Source: Mobula hypostoma (lineage: Eukaryota). Taken from it: a stretch of DNA of 64,000 nt. Shown one piece after another: positions 24,865 through 37,539 of the stretch. The first letter of the stretch is position 1; the number at the start of each line of letters is the position of its first letter. The notes below the pieces were generated by a model, which saw only the letters and a list, made by a program, of their open reading frames with translations, made no database searches and was not told the origin of the DNA. The DNA lies in contig NC_086108.1 in the NCBI RefSeq assembly GCF_963921235.1, forward strand, positions 109,928,001 to 109,992,000, given 5' to 3'. The translations under genes were made by a program, and so were the position numbers.

Positions 24865-25280
24865 TAAGATGTAGGAGCAGAATTAGGCCATTCAGCCCAT
24901 CAAATTTGCTTCACCATTCCATCATGGATGATTTAATAGCCCTCTCAACCCCATTCTCCTGCTTTCTCTTCATACTTTGATGCCTTTACTAATCAAGTAC
25001 CTATTAACATCTGCTTGAAATGCACCCAATGATGACTTCCACAAGTATCCATGCCAATGAATTCCACAGGTTCACCATTCTCTGGCTAAAGAAATCCCAC
25101 CTCAAGTCTGTTCTAAATGGATGACCCTCTACTCCGAGGCTGTGCCTTCTGGTCTTAGATTTCCTGACTGTAGGAAACATCCTCTCCATGTCCACCCCAT
25201 CCAGTCCTTTCAGTGCCAGAAATTTTCAATGAGATCCCCTCTCGTTCTTCTAAACTCCAGCAAGTACAGACCCAGAGCTA
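24865..25280 (-). mobile_element. CR1 3' fragment
   Basis: MERMFPTVRKSKTRRHSL..FFSQRMVNLWNSL plus a 3' UTR similar to other copies in the window. Confidence 0.8.
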
Positions 25281-25762
25281 CAGTGAGAGAATTTGGTGGT
25301 TGGACTAATGAAAATTCATTGACAGTTCTTGAGTTACGTGTGTTCAGAACTTGCTTCCATTAGTCTTCACTCATTTGACAATGGGAATAATGGCATAGTG
25401 ATTAATCCTGAGTTGAAAACACATCTGGAACAGACTCGATGGGCTGAATGGCCTAACACCACTCCTATTGAGTTGAAATCTGGCAGCACAGGAATTTAAA
25501 TTCAGTTAACTAAATAAATTAAAGCCATTGAAGAAAAACAAGCTCGAGTAATGGTGTTGGCTCAGTAGGTTTCTAGGATACAATATATTAGTTCCCTCAT
25601 GGCCTGGTATGAAATCACTGATGCCCAAGAACAGAAAAGTCTACAAAAAGTAATGGATACATCCCAGTCCATCACGGGTAAAGCCGTCTCCACCGTTGAG
25701 CACATCTAAACGGTGTGCTGTCACAGGAAAGCAGCATCCATCATCAAGGACCCCAACATCGG

Positions 25763-25976
25763 TCAGGAAGGAGGTACAGGAGCCGCAGGTCCCACACCAC
25801 AGGTTCTGGAACAGTTATCATCCCTCAACCCTCAGGAAGGAGGTACAGGAGCCTCAGGACCCAAACCACCAGGTTCTAGAACAGTTACTACCCCTCAACC
25901 ATCAGGAAGGAGGTACAGGAGCCTCAGGACCCAAACCACCAGGTTCTAGAACAGTTACTACCCCTCAACCATCAGG
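25763..25976 (+). repeat. 3 x ~70-bp tandem amplification inside a Rex1-type 3' end
   Basis: tcaggaaggaggtacaggagcc...ccctcaacc units start at 25763, 25832 and 25902. Confidence 0.9.
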
Positions 25977-26373
25977 CTCCTGAACCCACATGGACAACTT
26001 CACTCCCCTCAGCTCTGAACTGATTCCACAACCCATGGGCTCACTTTCAAAGACTCTGCATCTCATCTTCTCAGTATTGTTTCTTTGTCTTTTTGTTTTG
26101 TGGTGGAGAGTATATTGACTGGCTGCATTGCACCTGACATGGAAACACTAATGTTGTTGAGTGGAAAATCCCACAAAAAGTAATGAATACTGCCCAGTCC
26201 ATCACGGGTAAAGTCCTCTCCACCACTGCACACATCTACATGGCGTTCTCTCAAAGGCTCCTGAAACAGAGGGGATAACTTCACTTGTCCCATCTTTGAA
26301 ATGTTCCCACAACTCATGGACTCACTTCAATGATGGATGTTGCCTTCTTCAGGCAGCACCACCTGTAGTTACC

Positions 26374-28865
26374 ACCACTGTTGGGGGTTGTATGGACTGA
26401 CCACTGTTGGGAGTTCTATGGACTGACCACTGGTGATTGTATGGACTGACCATTGGCATTTGTATGGGCTGACCACTGGTGGGAGTTGTATGGACTGACC
26501 ACTGACATTTGTATGGACTGACCACTGGTGTTTGTATGGACTGACCACTGTTGGGAGTTGTATGGACTGACCACTGTTGGGAGTTGTATGGACTGACCAC
26601 TGGTGGGAGTTGTATGGACTGACCATTGCTGGGAGTTGTATGGACTGACCACTGTTGGGAGTTGTATGGACAGACCACTTGCAGGAGTTGTATGGACTGA
26701 CCACTGGTGTTTGTACGGGCTGACCACTGGCGAGAGTTGTATGGACTGACCACTGGTGTTTGTATGGACTGACCACTGTTGGGAGTTGTATGGACAGACC
26801 ACTGGCGAGAGTTGTATGGACTGACCACTGGCGGGGGTTGTATGGACAGACCACTGGCGAGAGTTGTACGGACTGACAACTGGAGGGGTTGTATGGACAG
26901 ACCACTGGTGTTTGTATGGACTGACAACTGTTGGGAATTGTATGGACAGACCACTGGTGGGAGTTGTATGGATAGACCACTGGTGTTTATATGGACTGAC
27001 CACTGGCATTTGTATGGACTGACCCCTGGCCGGAGTTGTATGGACTGAGCACTGGTGGGAGTTGGACAGACTGGCCACTGGCGTCTGTATGGACTGACCA
27101 CTGGCGGGAGTTGTATGGACAGACCATTGGTGGGGGTTGTATGGACAGACCACTGGCGGGAGTTGTATGGACAGACAACTGACGTTTATATGGACTGACC
27201 ACTGGCATTTGTATGGACTGACCCCTGGCCGGAGTTGTATGGACTGACCACTGGCGGGAGTTGGACAGACTGACCACTGGCATCTGTATGGACTGACCAC
27301 TGGTGGGAGTTGTATGGACTGACCACTGGTGTGTGTATGGACTGACCACAGGCGGGAGTTGTATGGACAGACCATTGGTGGGGGTTGTATGGACTGACCA
27401 CTGGTGGGGGCTGTATGGACTGACAACTGGTGGGAGTCGTATGGACAGACCACTGGCGGGAGTCATATGGACAGACCACTGGCGGGAGTCGCATGGACTA
27501 ACCACTGGCGGGAGATATATGGACAGACGACTGGCGTTTAAATGTACTGACGACTGGCATTTGTATGGACTGACCACTGGTGGGAGTCGTATGGACTGAC
27601 CACTGGCATCTGTATGGACTGACCACTGGCCAGAGTTGTATGGACTGACCACTGGCCTTTGTATGGACTGACCACTGGTGTTTGTATGGACTGACCACAG
27701 GCGGGAGTCGTATGGACAGACCACTGGCGGGAGTCGCATGGACTGACCACTGGCGGGAGTCGCATGGACTGACCACTGGTGGGGGTTGTATGGACAGACC
27801 ACTGGCAGGAGTTATATGGACAGACAACTGGCGTTTATATGGACTGACGACTGGCATTTGTATGGACTGACCACTGGTGGGAGTCGTATGGACTGACCAC
27901 TGGTGGGAGTCGTATGGACTGACCACTGGTGGGAGTCGTATGGACTGACCACTGGCCTTTGTATGGTCAGACCACTGGCGGGGTTTGTATGGACTGACCA
28001 CTGGCAGGGGTTTGTATGGACTGACCACTGGCGGGGTTTGTATGGACTGTCCACTGGCGGGAGTTGTATGCACTGTCCACTGGCGGGGTTTGTATGCACT
28101 GTCCACTGGAGGGAGTTGTATGGACTGTCCACTGGCGGGAGTTGTATGGACTGACCACTGGCGGGAGTTGTATGGACTGACCACTGGCAGGAGTTGTATG
28201 GACTGACCACTGGCGGGGTTTGTATGGACTGTCCACTGGCGGGGTTTGTATGGACTGTCCACTGGCAGGAGTTGTATGGACTGTCCACTGGCGGGGGGTT
28301 GTATGGACTGTCCAGTGGCGGGAGTTGTATGGACTGTCCAGTGGCGGGAGTTGTATGGACTGACCACTGGCAGGGGTTTGTATGGACTGACCGCTGGCGG
28401 GGTTTGTATGGACTGACCGCTGGCAGGAGTTGTATGGACTGTCCGCTGGCAGGAGTTGTATGGACTGACCGCTGGCGGGAGTTGTATGGACTGACCACTG
28501 GCGGGGGTTCGTATGGACTGACCACTGGCAGGGGTTCGTATGGACCGACCACTGGCAGGGGTTGTATGGACTGACCACTGGCAGGGGTTTGTATGGACTG
28601 ACCACTGGCAGGGGTTTGTATGGACTGACCACTGGCGGGAGTTGTATGGACTGACCACTGGCGGGGTTTGTATGGACTGACCACTGGCGGGGTTTGTATG
28701 GACTGTCCACTGGCAGGAGTTGTATGGACTGACCACTGGTGGGGTTTGTATGGACTGACCACTGGCAGGAGTTGTATAGACTGACCACTGGCAGGAGTTG
28801 TATGGACTGACCACTGGCGGGGTTTGTATGGACTGACCACTGGCGGGGTTTGTATGGACTGACCA
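26374..28865. repeat. Minisatellite, ~2.5 kb, 26-bp unit with 23-bp variants
   Basis: Consensus GTATGGACTGACCACTGGCGGGAGTT, short variant GTATGGACTGACCACTGGTGTTT; roughly 100 units. Confidence 0.98.
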
Positions 28866-29068
28866 TTTCTCTCGGCAGCTGCTTGTGTTCCTACACATTC
28901 AAATTGCCGCGTACCAAACCGTGATGCAATCAGTGGGAGAACCTGGCAGTTCCTGTCTCATTAAACAATCCTGGTGTGTGCGTGAGGGGTGGAATCAACG
29001 AGGAATTGATGGGAATGTGGGGAGAATAAATGGGATTCATATGGAACTGGTGTAAGTGTGTGACTGAC

Positions 29069-29182
29069 GGTCGATAGGGCTCCACCGTGCCGCAGGATTC
29101 CACATTCGGGCTGGGGCTGGCTCCTCTGGCAGAGCGGCCCGCCAGGGTTCGCTTGACGGAAGACCAGCTGGATTGCATTTTT
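29069..29182 (-). other. Candidate upstream exon of TTLL7 (5' UTR or N-terminal), 114 nt
   Basis: Unique GC-rich island bounded by ctgcAG (29184-29183) and GTCAGT (29068). All three frames are open, and the phase-1 frame (..RMWNPAARWSPID) would splice in frame to the exon at 12078. No recognisable homology. Confidence 0.3.
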
Positions 29183-29589
29183 CTGCAGTTACACTACCAC
29201 GGGATGAGGAACTGCTGCTGGTTTGTCTGTGATTAGGCCAGGGTTAAATGTGGGACTGCTGGGCGGCGTGGCTCGAAGGGCCAGAAGGGCCTGTTCCCAG
29301 CTGTGTCTCAGTGCTTGTCCTCAGTGCTGGAGGTGGCAGAGTCTACAGCCCTCTGCTCCCTCTTGCAATCCCGTGCACTGGAACCTCCATTCCAGGCTGT
29401 GACAGAACAAGTTGAAGACTCAAAGATTAATTTATCATCAAAGAATGCATAAATTATAAACCTTGTGATTTGCTTGCTCACAGCTACAAACCCGAAAAAC
29501 ACATTTAAAGAAAAAAAAGAATAAAAATAAAAATAAAAGACCAACACTGGATGGTCAAGAGAATGAAAGAAAAACAGAAAGAAGTCTTC

Positions 29590-30997
29590 AGTGTCCTGCC
29601 TCAACGACTACCGTCCCGTTCACTCACATCCATCATCATGAAGTGTTTCGAGAGGCTCGTCATAAGGCACATCAAGACCCTGCTGCCCCCCTCACCGAAC
29701 CCCCTGCAGTTCGCGTACCGTCCCAACCGTTCAACAGACGATGCCATTGCCATCACCCTCCACCTGGCCCTAACCCACCTGGACAAAAAAGACACGTACG
29801 TTTGAATGCTGTTCATAGACTTCAGTTCAGCATTCAACTCAATCATTCCTCAGAAATGACTGGAAAGCTGAGCCTACTGGGCCTGAACACTTCCCCCTGC
29901 AACTGGATCCTAGACTTCCTGACTGGGAGACCTCAGTCAGTCCGGATCGGGAGCAGCATCTCCAACACCACCACACTGAGCACGGGGGCCCCCCAGGGCT
30001 GTGTGCTCAGTCCACTGCTGTTCACTCTGCTGACCCACGACTGTGCTGCTCGAACCACATCATCAGTTTCGCCGATGACACGACCGTGGTGGGTCTCATC
30101 AGCAAGAACGATGAGTCAGCATACAGAGAGGAGGTGCAGCGGCTAACGGACTGGTGCAGACCAACAACCTGTCTCTGAATGTGAACAAAACAAAAGAGAT
30201 GGTTGTTGACTTCAGGAGGACACGGAGCGACCACTCTCCGCTGAACATCGACGACTCCTTCATAGAGATCGTTAAGAGTACCAAATTTCTTGGTGTTCAC
30301 CTGGTCCCTCAACACCAGCTCCATAGCCAAGAAAGCCCAGCAGTGTCTCTACTTTCTGTGAAGGCTGAGAAAAGTCCATCTCCCACCCCCCATCCACACC
30401 ACGTTCTACAGAGGTTGTATCGAGAGCATCCTGAGCAGCTGCATCACGGCCTGGTTCAGAAATTGCACCATCTCGGATTGCAAGACCCTGCAGCGGATAG
30501 TGAGGTCAGCTGAGAATATCATTGGGGTCTCTCTTCCCGCCATTACAGACATTTACACCACACGCTGCATCCACAAAGCAAACAGCATTATGAAGGACCC
30601 CACGCACCCCTCATACAAACTCCTCTTCCTCCTGCCATCTGGAAAAAAGGCAACGAAGCATTCGGGCTCTCACGACCAGACTATGTAACAGTTTCTTCCC
30701 CCAAGCCATCAGACTCCTCAATACCCAGAGCCTGGACTGATGCCAACCTACTGCCCTCTACTGTGCCTATTGTCTTGTTTATTATTTATTGTAAAGCTTG
30801 CACTGTTTTGTGCACTTTACACAGTCCTGGGTAGGTCTGTAGTCTAGTGTAGTTTTTGTGTTGTTTTACGTAGTTCAGTGTAGTTTTTGTATTGTTTCAT
30901 GTAGCACCATGGTCCCGAAAAACGTTTTCTTGTTTTTAACTGTGTACTGTACCAGCAGTTATGGTTGAAATGACAATAAAAAGTGACTTGACTTGAC
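29590..30997 (+). mobile_element. Rex1/Babar LINE, 5'-truncated
   Basis: [53 protein letters not shown] and [25 protein letters not shown] plus (GACTT)n tail. Confidence 0.92.
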
Positions 30998-32717
30998 AAA
31001 TGACAACATTCCGGTCCAAAATTAAGTCCTCAGATCTGAACCCTGGAACAATCCGGAGTTGGCCCAAAGCCTCGGTTATGCGCTCCTCATAGTAGCGGCC
31101 ACGGAGCACAGCAGCCAAGCAGTCTTCGTAGTCTCAGTTCCATGGAGATGACCAGATGAACGAATAGAATTGGCTCTTGCCCCGGACCCCAGTACCCAGT
31201 CTTTTCAGTCCACCTGGGCCGGCGTTGAAATTGACCCATGACAGAACAGTGAAAGGTTCCGGCGACCTGGAGGGAGCAGTGAAGATCACGGAGAGAGAGC
31301 AAAGTTGGCTCTCACCTCCAATCTGGGCCGGCGTTAAATTGTCTAAACAGCGTACCATACCTTGCAGTAGGGCCCGGCTACTGCAAAAGGATCCGGGCCT
31401 AGACCACGTCGCCCAGCGACTCGCTAAGGGCCCAGATTTCATCACCCAGCTCGAAGCCACTCTCAGATCAGCACCCAGAGTGATCCAGCCTCGCACCAGG
31501 GCCAGTTCTACAGGCGTCAGAACTCCATCTGCAACCCACCATCTAGGATCACCTTCGCTTGCCACTGTTTGCACCAACAAGTTAACGCAATTTACCTCAG
31601 AGAAGCTATTTTTAGTGATGTTTTTAAGTCAGATTTCTTAGCTTTTTGACTACCAGAAGCAGTCGCACACATTAAGATGCACCATCTTAACTGGAAGTAT
31701 CAGAATTGTGCAATATTTTATTGAAACTTTGATCATCTGAAGAAAGGTCTCGCATTCCATACATTTACTGGTTTGGTTGTTGCTTCTACGGCTTATGTGA
31801 AAGATTAAGTGAAATTTGTTACAATCCATTACAAATTGGAATTGTAACACTTTATTCTGCATTCTGTTATTGTTTTACTTGTTCTACCTCAATACACTGC
31901 GTAATGATCAGATCTGTGTGGACAGTATGCAAGACAAGCTTTTCCACTGTACACACGACAGCACTAAACATGTCTTATTGAAAAAGAGGTGCCACGATAA
32001 GGTAGTAGTTAATGCCAGCAGTTGGGATCAGGGCTCAATTCCCACTGATCTCTGTAGGAAGTTTGGACATTCTCCCCGTACAGCCGGGTGCTCCAACTTC
32101 CTCTCACATTCCAAAGACGACCTTTTTAGGGTTAGTAAGTTGCGGGCATTCTGTGCTTGTGCCAGAATGTATGGCTATATTTGTGGCTTCCCCCAGCACA
32201 TCCTTTGGCGTTGATGCAAACGACGCACTGCAATGTATGTTTCAATGTACATTTGACAAGTAAAGCAAATTTTTAATCTTTAACCAGTTTTCAATGCAAA
32301 TTGTTACCTGCTGCTGCAGTTGTGCATGGTAGCCACATGGTGGCAGGGCTGCACCATGAATGAGGTTTTTTTTCTAACTAGTACTCTGCAAAGTGTAATT
32401 GGTGTTTCTGAAGAACATTGATTTATCAATATTCATTATGTTTCCCTCTCCATTGATGCCGCCTGACCTGCTGTGTGTCTCCAGCATTTTCTGTTCTTAT
32501 ATCAGACTTGCAGCAGATTCAGATTGTTGAATTTGCATTACGAGTGAACGGTTCGGTCTGTATATGAAACATTTGATTTAATCCAGGAACTTCAGAATGC
32601 ATGAAAGCATTAAACCGAAGTAATTGCAGTAAACACTCCACACTGATGTAGAATAGCTCACCTCCAGCATGAAATAAAAGCACAAACTGAGTTTTAAGAA
32701 TACTCAACTGGTCTGTT

Positions 32718-34860
32718 GGGTGGCAGGGTGGGGATATGTCTCTACCAAAGGAAACATAGAAACATAGAAAACAGGTGCAGGAGTAGGCCATTCGGCCCTT
32801 CGAGCCTGCACCGCCATTTATTATGATCATGGCTGATCATCCAACTCAGAATCCTGCACCAGCCTTCCCTCCATACTCCCTGATCTCCGTAGCCACAAGG
32901 GCCATATCTAACTCCCTCTTAAATATAGCCAATGAACTGGCCTCAACTGTTTCCTGTGGCAGAGAATTCCACAGATTCACCACTCTCTGTGTGAAGAAGT
33001 TTTTCCTAATCTCAGTCCTAAAAGGCATCCCCCTTATCCTCAAACTGTGATCCCTCGTTCTGGACTTCCCCAACATCGGGAACAATCTTCCTGCATCTAG
33101 CCTGTCCAATCCCTTTAGGATTTTATACGTTTCAATCAGATCCCCCCTCAATCTTCTAAATTCCAACGAGTATAAGCCTAGTTCATCCAGTCTTTCATCA
33201 TATGAAAGTCCTGCCATCCCAGGAATCAATCTGGTGAACCTTCTTTGTACTCCCTCTATGGCAAGGATGTCTTTCCTCAGATTAGGGGACCAAAACTGCA
33301 CACAATACTCCAGGTGTGGTCTCGCCAAGGCCTTGTACAACTGCAGTAGTACCTCCCTGCTCCTGTACTTGAATCCTCTCGCTATAAATGCCAGCATACC
33401 ATTCGCCTTTTTCACCGCCTGCTGTACCTGCATGCCCACTTTCAATGACTGGTGTACAATGACACCCAGGTCTCGTTGTACCTCCCCTTTTCCTAATCGG
33501 CCACCATTCAGATAATAATCTGCTTTCCTATTTTTTGCCACCAAAGTGGATAACTTCACATTTATCCACATTAAATTGCATCTGCCATGAATTTGCCCAC
33601 TCACCCAACCTATCCAAGTCACCCTGCATCCTCTTAGCATCCTCCTCACAGCTAACACTGCCGCCCAGCTTCGTGTCATCCGCAAACTTGGAGATGCTGC
33701 ATTTAATTCCCTCATCCAAGTCATTAATATATATTGTAAACAACTGGGGTCCCAGCACTGAGCCTTGCGGTACCCCACTAGTCACTGCCTGCCATTCTGA
33801 AAAGGTCCCGTTTATTCCCACTCTTTGCTTCCTGTCTGCTAACCAATTCTCTATCCACATCAATACCTTACCCCAATACCGTGTGCTTTAAGTTTGCACA
33901 CTAATCTCCTGTGTGGGACCTTGTCAAAAGCCTTTTGAAAATCCAAATATACCACATCCACTGGTTCTCCCCTATCCACTCTACTAGTTACATCCTCAAA
34001 AAATTCTATGAGATTCGTCAGACATGATTTTCCTTTCACAAATCCATGCTGACTTTGTCCGATCATTTCACCGCTTTCCAAATGTGCTGTTATCACATCT
34101 TTGATAACTGACTCCAGCAGTTTCCCCACCACCGACGTTAGGCTAACTGGTCTATAATTCCCCGGTTTCTCTCTCCCTCCTTTTTTAAAAAGTGGGGTTA
34201 CATTAGCCACCCTCCAATCCTCGGGAACTAGTCCAGAATCTAACGAGTTTTGAAAAATTATCACTAATGCATCCACTATTTCTTGGGCTACTTCCTTAAG
34301 CACTCTGGGATGCAGACCATCTGGCCCTGGGGATTTATCTGCCTTTAATCCCTTCAATTTACCTAACACCACTTCCCTACTAACATACATTTCCTTCAGT
34401 TCCTCCATCTCACTGGACCCTCTGTCCCCTACTATTTCTGGAAGATTATTTATGTCCTCCTTAGTGAAGACAGAACCAAAGTAATTATTCAATTGGTCTG
34501 CCATATCCTTGCTCCCCATAATCAATTCACCTGTTGAGATGTGAGGCACTCCTTCCCTCCACTGGCCTGCAGGTCAGCCTTGGGCAAGGTGTAGCACCTG
34601 CTTAGCCACCCAGTCAGGGTCACGTGAAGCCATAGGAGCAGGTGGTGGATGGTCGTATGGGCGGCTGGTACATATCACAAGTCCTGATTGTGTGGCCACT
34701 GACACCAGGCAGACAATCTCTGAAGAGTATTGACAATGGCTGGGGTCACCCATCTTGTAAAGACACTGCTCAGAAGAAGGCAATGGCAAACCACTTCTGT
34801 AGAAAAATTCGTCAAGACCAATAATGGTCAAAAGACCATGATCGCCCACGACATACGAAC
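32718..34860 (+). mobile_element. RTE-related SINE-like element split by CR1 (~32718-32750 plus ~34538-34860)
   Basis: Collinear with the intact copy at ~63395-63800. gaagaaggcaatggcaaaccac resembles the BovB/Bov-A RTE motif. Confidence 0.65.
32751..34535 (-). mobile_element. Young CR1 LINE, 5'-truncated, RT region with two frameshifts
   Basis: ORFs 33860-34549, 33528-33863 and 32846-33778 carry the RT motifs with no internal stops. (TTCTATGT)n tail; it interrupts an RTE-related SINE. Confidence 0.95.
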
Positions 34861-36514
34861 AAATGAACAAAACTGTCCTGATTCTCAAATGCCATCTGAA
34901 AATCTACCGATGACACAACTGTTGTTAGCAGAATTTCAGATGGTGGCGAGAGGGCGTACAGGAGTGAGATCCACCAGCTGGTTGAGTGGTGTTGCAACAA
35001 CCTTGCACTCAATGTCAGTCAGACCGAGGAATTGATTGTGGACTTTAGGAAGGGGACGTGGAGGGAACACACACCAGACCACATTGACCGATCAGCAGTG
35101 GAAAGGGTGAGCAGGTTCATATTCCTGAGGGTCATCATCATCTCAAAGGATCTGTCAAAATAATTACAAAGAAGGCATGCTGGAGGCTGTGTTTCATTAG
35201 GAGTTTGGGGAGATTTGGTATGTCACCAAAGACTCTAGCAAATTTCTACAGATGTATCGTGAAGAGCATTCTAACTGGCTGTATCACAGTCTGGTATGCG
35301 GTGGGGGGGGGGGCCACTGTACAGGACTGAAATAAGCTGCAGAGAGTTGTAAACTCAGTCAGCTCCATCACGGGCACTGGCCTCCCCACCATTGAGAACA
35401 TCTTTGAAAATCTATGCCACAAAAAGACAGCGTTACCTACACTTTCTGTACAACTCTTACACTCTATTCTGCAGTTACTGTTTTACTTTTTTCTACCTCA
35501 ATGCACTGTGTAATGATCTGATCTGTTTGAACAGCTTATTTAGTGACACGAAGTGTAACAGGCCCTTCCAGCCCTTCGAGCCTCACTGCCCAGCAACCCC
35601 CGACAACCCCTGATTTAACCCTAACCTAAGCACAGGACAATCTACAACGACCGACTACCCTACTGACGGGTCCATCCTTGGACAGTGAGAGCAGACCAGA
35701 GTTCTCGGAAGAGACCCACACAATCCGGGCAGAGAACGTTCAGAGATGCCTTACAGAGGACGCCAGGACTGATCTCCAAACTCCAATGCCCTAAACTGTA
35801 ACAGTGTCAGGCTAATGGCTACGCTACCGTGGCAACAATAATAAATCAAATATCCACACAATACCTTCTTGTATAATTTGTGGTTAGGTTTTTCTGTATA
35901 TCTGATGCTCTGTGTCGATGATGTTGCTGCAGGTAAGTTATTCGATACACCTGGGCAGACACGTACTTGTGTAGCCAACAATAAACTCAACTTCACTCAT
36001 GCCATCACTGAACTGTTTCCACAACCTACAGTCTGACTTTCACAGACTTTCCATCTCATGCCCTCAATATTTATTGCTTATTTATTTTCTATTATTATTA
36101 TCTCTTTATTTTTCTTTTGTATTCTGCAGTTTGTTTGCTTTTGCACATTGGTTGTCTGTCCATCCTGTTGGGTGCGGTCATTGATTCTATTAAAAATGGT
36201 TCAATTTAATATCAGAGAATATATAAATATACAACCTGAAATTCTTACTCTTCACAGACATCCATGAAACAAGAACCCCATAGAATGAATGATTGAAACA
36301 TCAAAACCACGAAGCCCCTCCACTGCCTACGGTTCTTGGATTTACTGGTTTACGCCCACAGGAAAATGAATCTTAGGTGGTATATGGTGACATAAATGAA
36401 CTTTGATAACAAATTTACTTTGAACATTGAACTTTGAATTTTGACAACCTTTGACTTTGTTACAGCATGTCCCCAGTGGATGGGACAACCTCGAAATACA
36501 CATTGAACTTTTAA

Positions 36515-36765
36515 TCAACACACATAAAAGTTGCTGGTGAACGCAGCAGGCCAAGCAGCATCTCTAGGAAGAAGCGCAGTCAACGTTTCGGGCCGAGACC
36601 CTTCGTCAGGACTAACTGAAGGAAGAGTGAGTAAGAAATTTGAAAGTGGGAGGGGGAGGGGGAGATGCAAAATGATAGGAGAAGACAGGAGGGGGAGGGA
36701 TAGAGCCGAGAGCTGGACAGGTGATTGGCAAGAGGGATATGAGAGGATCATGGGATGGGAGGCAC
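36515..36765 (-). mobile_element. Penelope pLTR fragment
   Basis: Same family as 39470-40160; carries a hammerhead motif. Confidence 0.8.
36578..36613 (-). ncRNA. Minimal type I hammerhead ribozyme motif
   Basis: AGUC CUGACGA A GGGU CUCG GCCC GAA ACGU U GACU (GUU triplet). Confidence 0.78.
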
Positions 36766-36919
36766 CAGGTCAACAAACCTGACAGCTAGGAGAGGATGGG
36801 GAGCAGTTTTAAAATCACCAAACCAGGGCCACTGAATACATCAACAGCAAGGCTCCCAAAATTACAGAGCTCAGCACCTGGCACAATATTAAAGCCCCCC
36901 CTCTCCCACTCCGCCCCCC

Positions 36920-37539
36920 ACTGGTCACGGTCGACTTTGGATATTACGTCCTAGCTGTCTATACGATATACATGTGGGTACGCAAGCCAGGACAGTACGA
37001 TACGGAGAGCAAGCTGTTGCTCATGCAACAAGCTCCCCTCTCCACATAGCTGATGAATCCAGAGGAACGGCAGAGACCGACACAGTTTGGTACCAGCAGC
37101 GTCGCAGGAGTTGCCAGTCAGCGTTGTACTCAACGTGGGGCTGCCTAAGGGACTCCAGCTCCAGATTTTTCCCCTCAGTATTTACTCCCAAAACCTCCCC
37201 CATGAGTGGGTGTAGCCACAAGGCAGCGGGGGTCTGTGATCAGAGTTTTCCTTCTCCGAGATGAGCTGACAAGACCCATCTGCCTGATGTGACTGCCATT
37301 AAGGCGCTAGTAACCCGCCTCTGCCCCTTCCCCTGTCCGCAGAAACAGTATAGCCACAAGGCAGCGGAGGTTTCAGATCAGAATTCTCCTCCTCTTAGCA
37401 GCTAAGCCACACGTGAAGGCCAGGAGTTGGACAGTTGTCAGAGGCTATTTGAGATACACACCACTGGGAGCATTTAATAGGTATGGGGAGCTTATCCCCA
37501 CTACAACCCTTTCCCGGCTATGACAACCTTTAATGAACC
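36920..37539 (-). mobile_element. RTE-type non-autonomous element, copy B
   Basis: Homologous to copies A and C. A ~45-bp internal duplication near 37350-37395 disrupts the ribozyme-like region. Confidence 0.7.

Noticed and set aside
25366..25410. Minus-strand ATG CCA TTA TTC CCA (MPLFPLSNE*) resembling the human TTLL7 start MPSLP
   Set aside because: There is no GT donor in the required phase 1 and an in-frame TGA follows. It could be a decayed exon, but the sequence does not support that.
26349..28898. Long ORFs (up to 466 aa) and a CRISPR-like conserved-core/variable-tail look
   Set aside because: The ORFs arise from a stop-free 26-bp unit cycling through frames. The variable parts are 5-8-bp variants of each other rather than unique spacers, there are no cas genes, and the context is eukaryotic.
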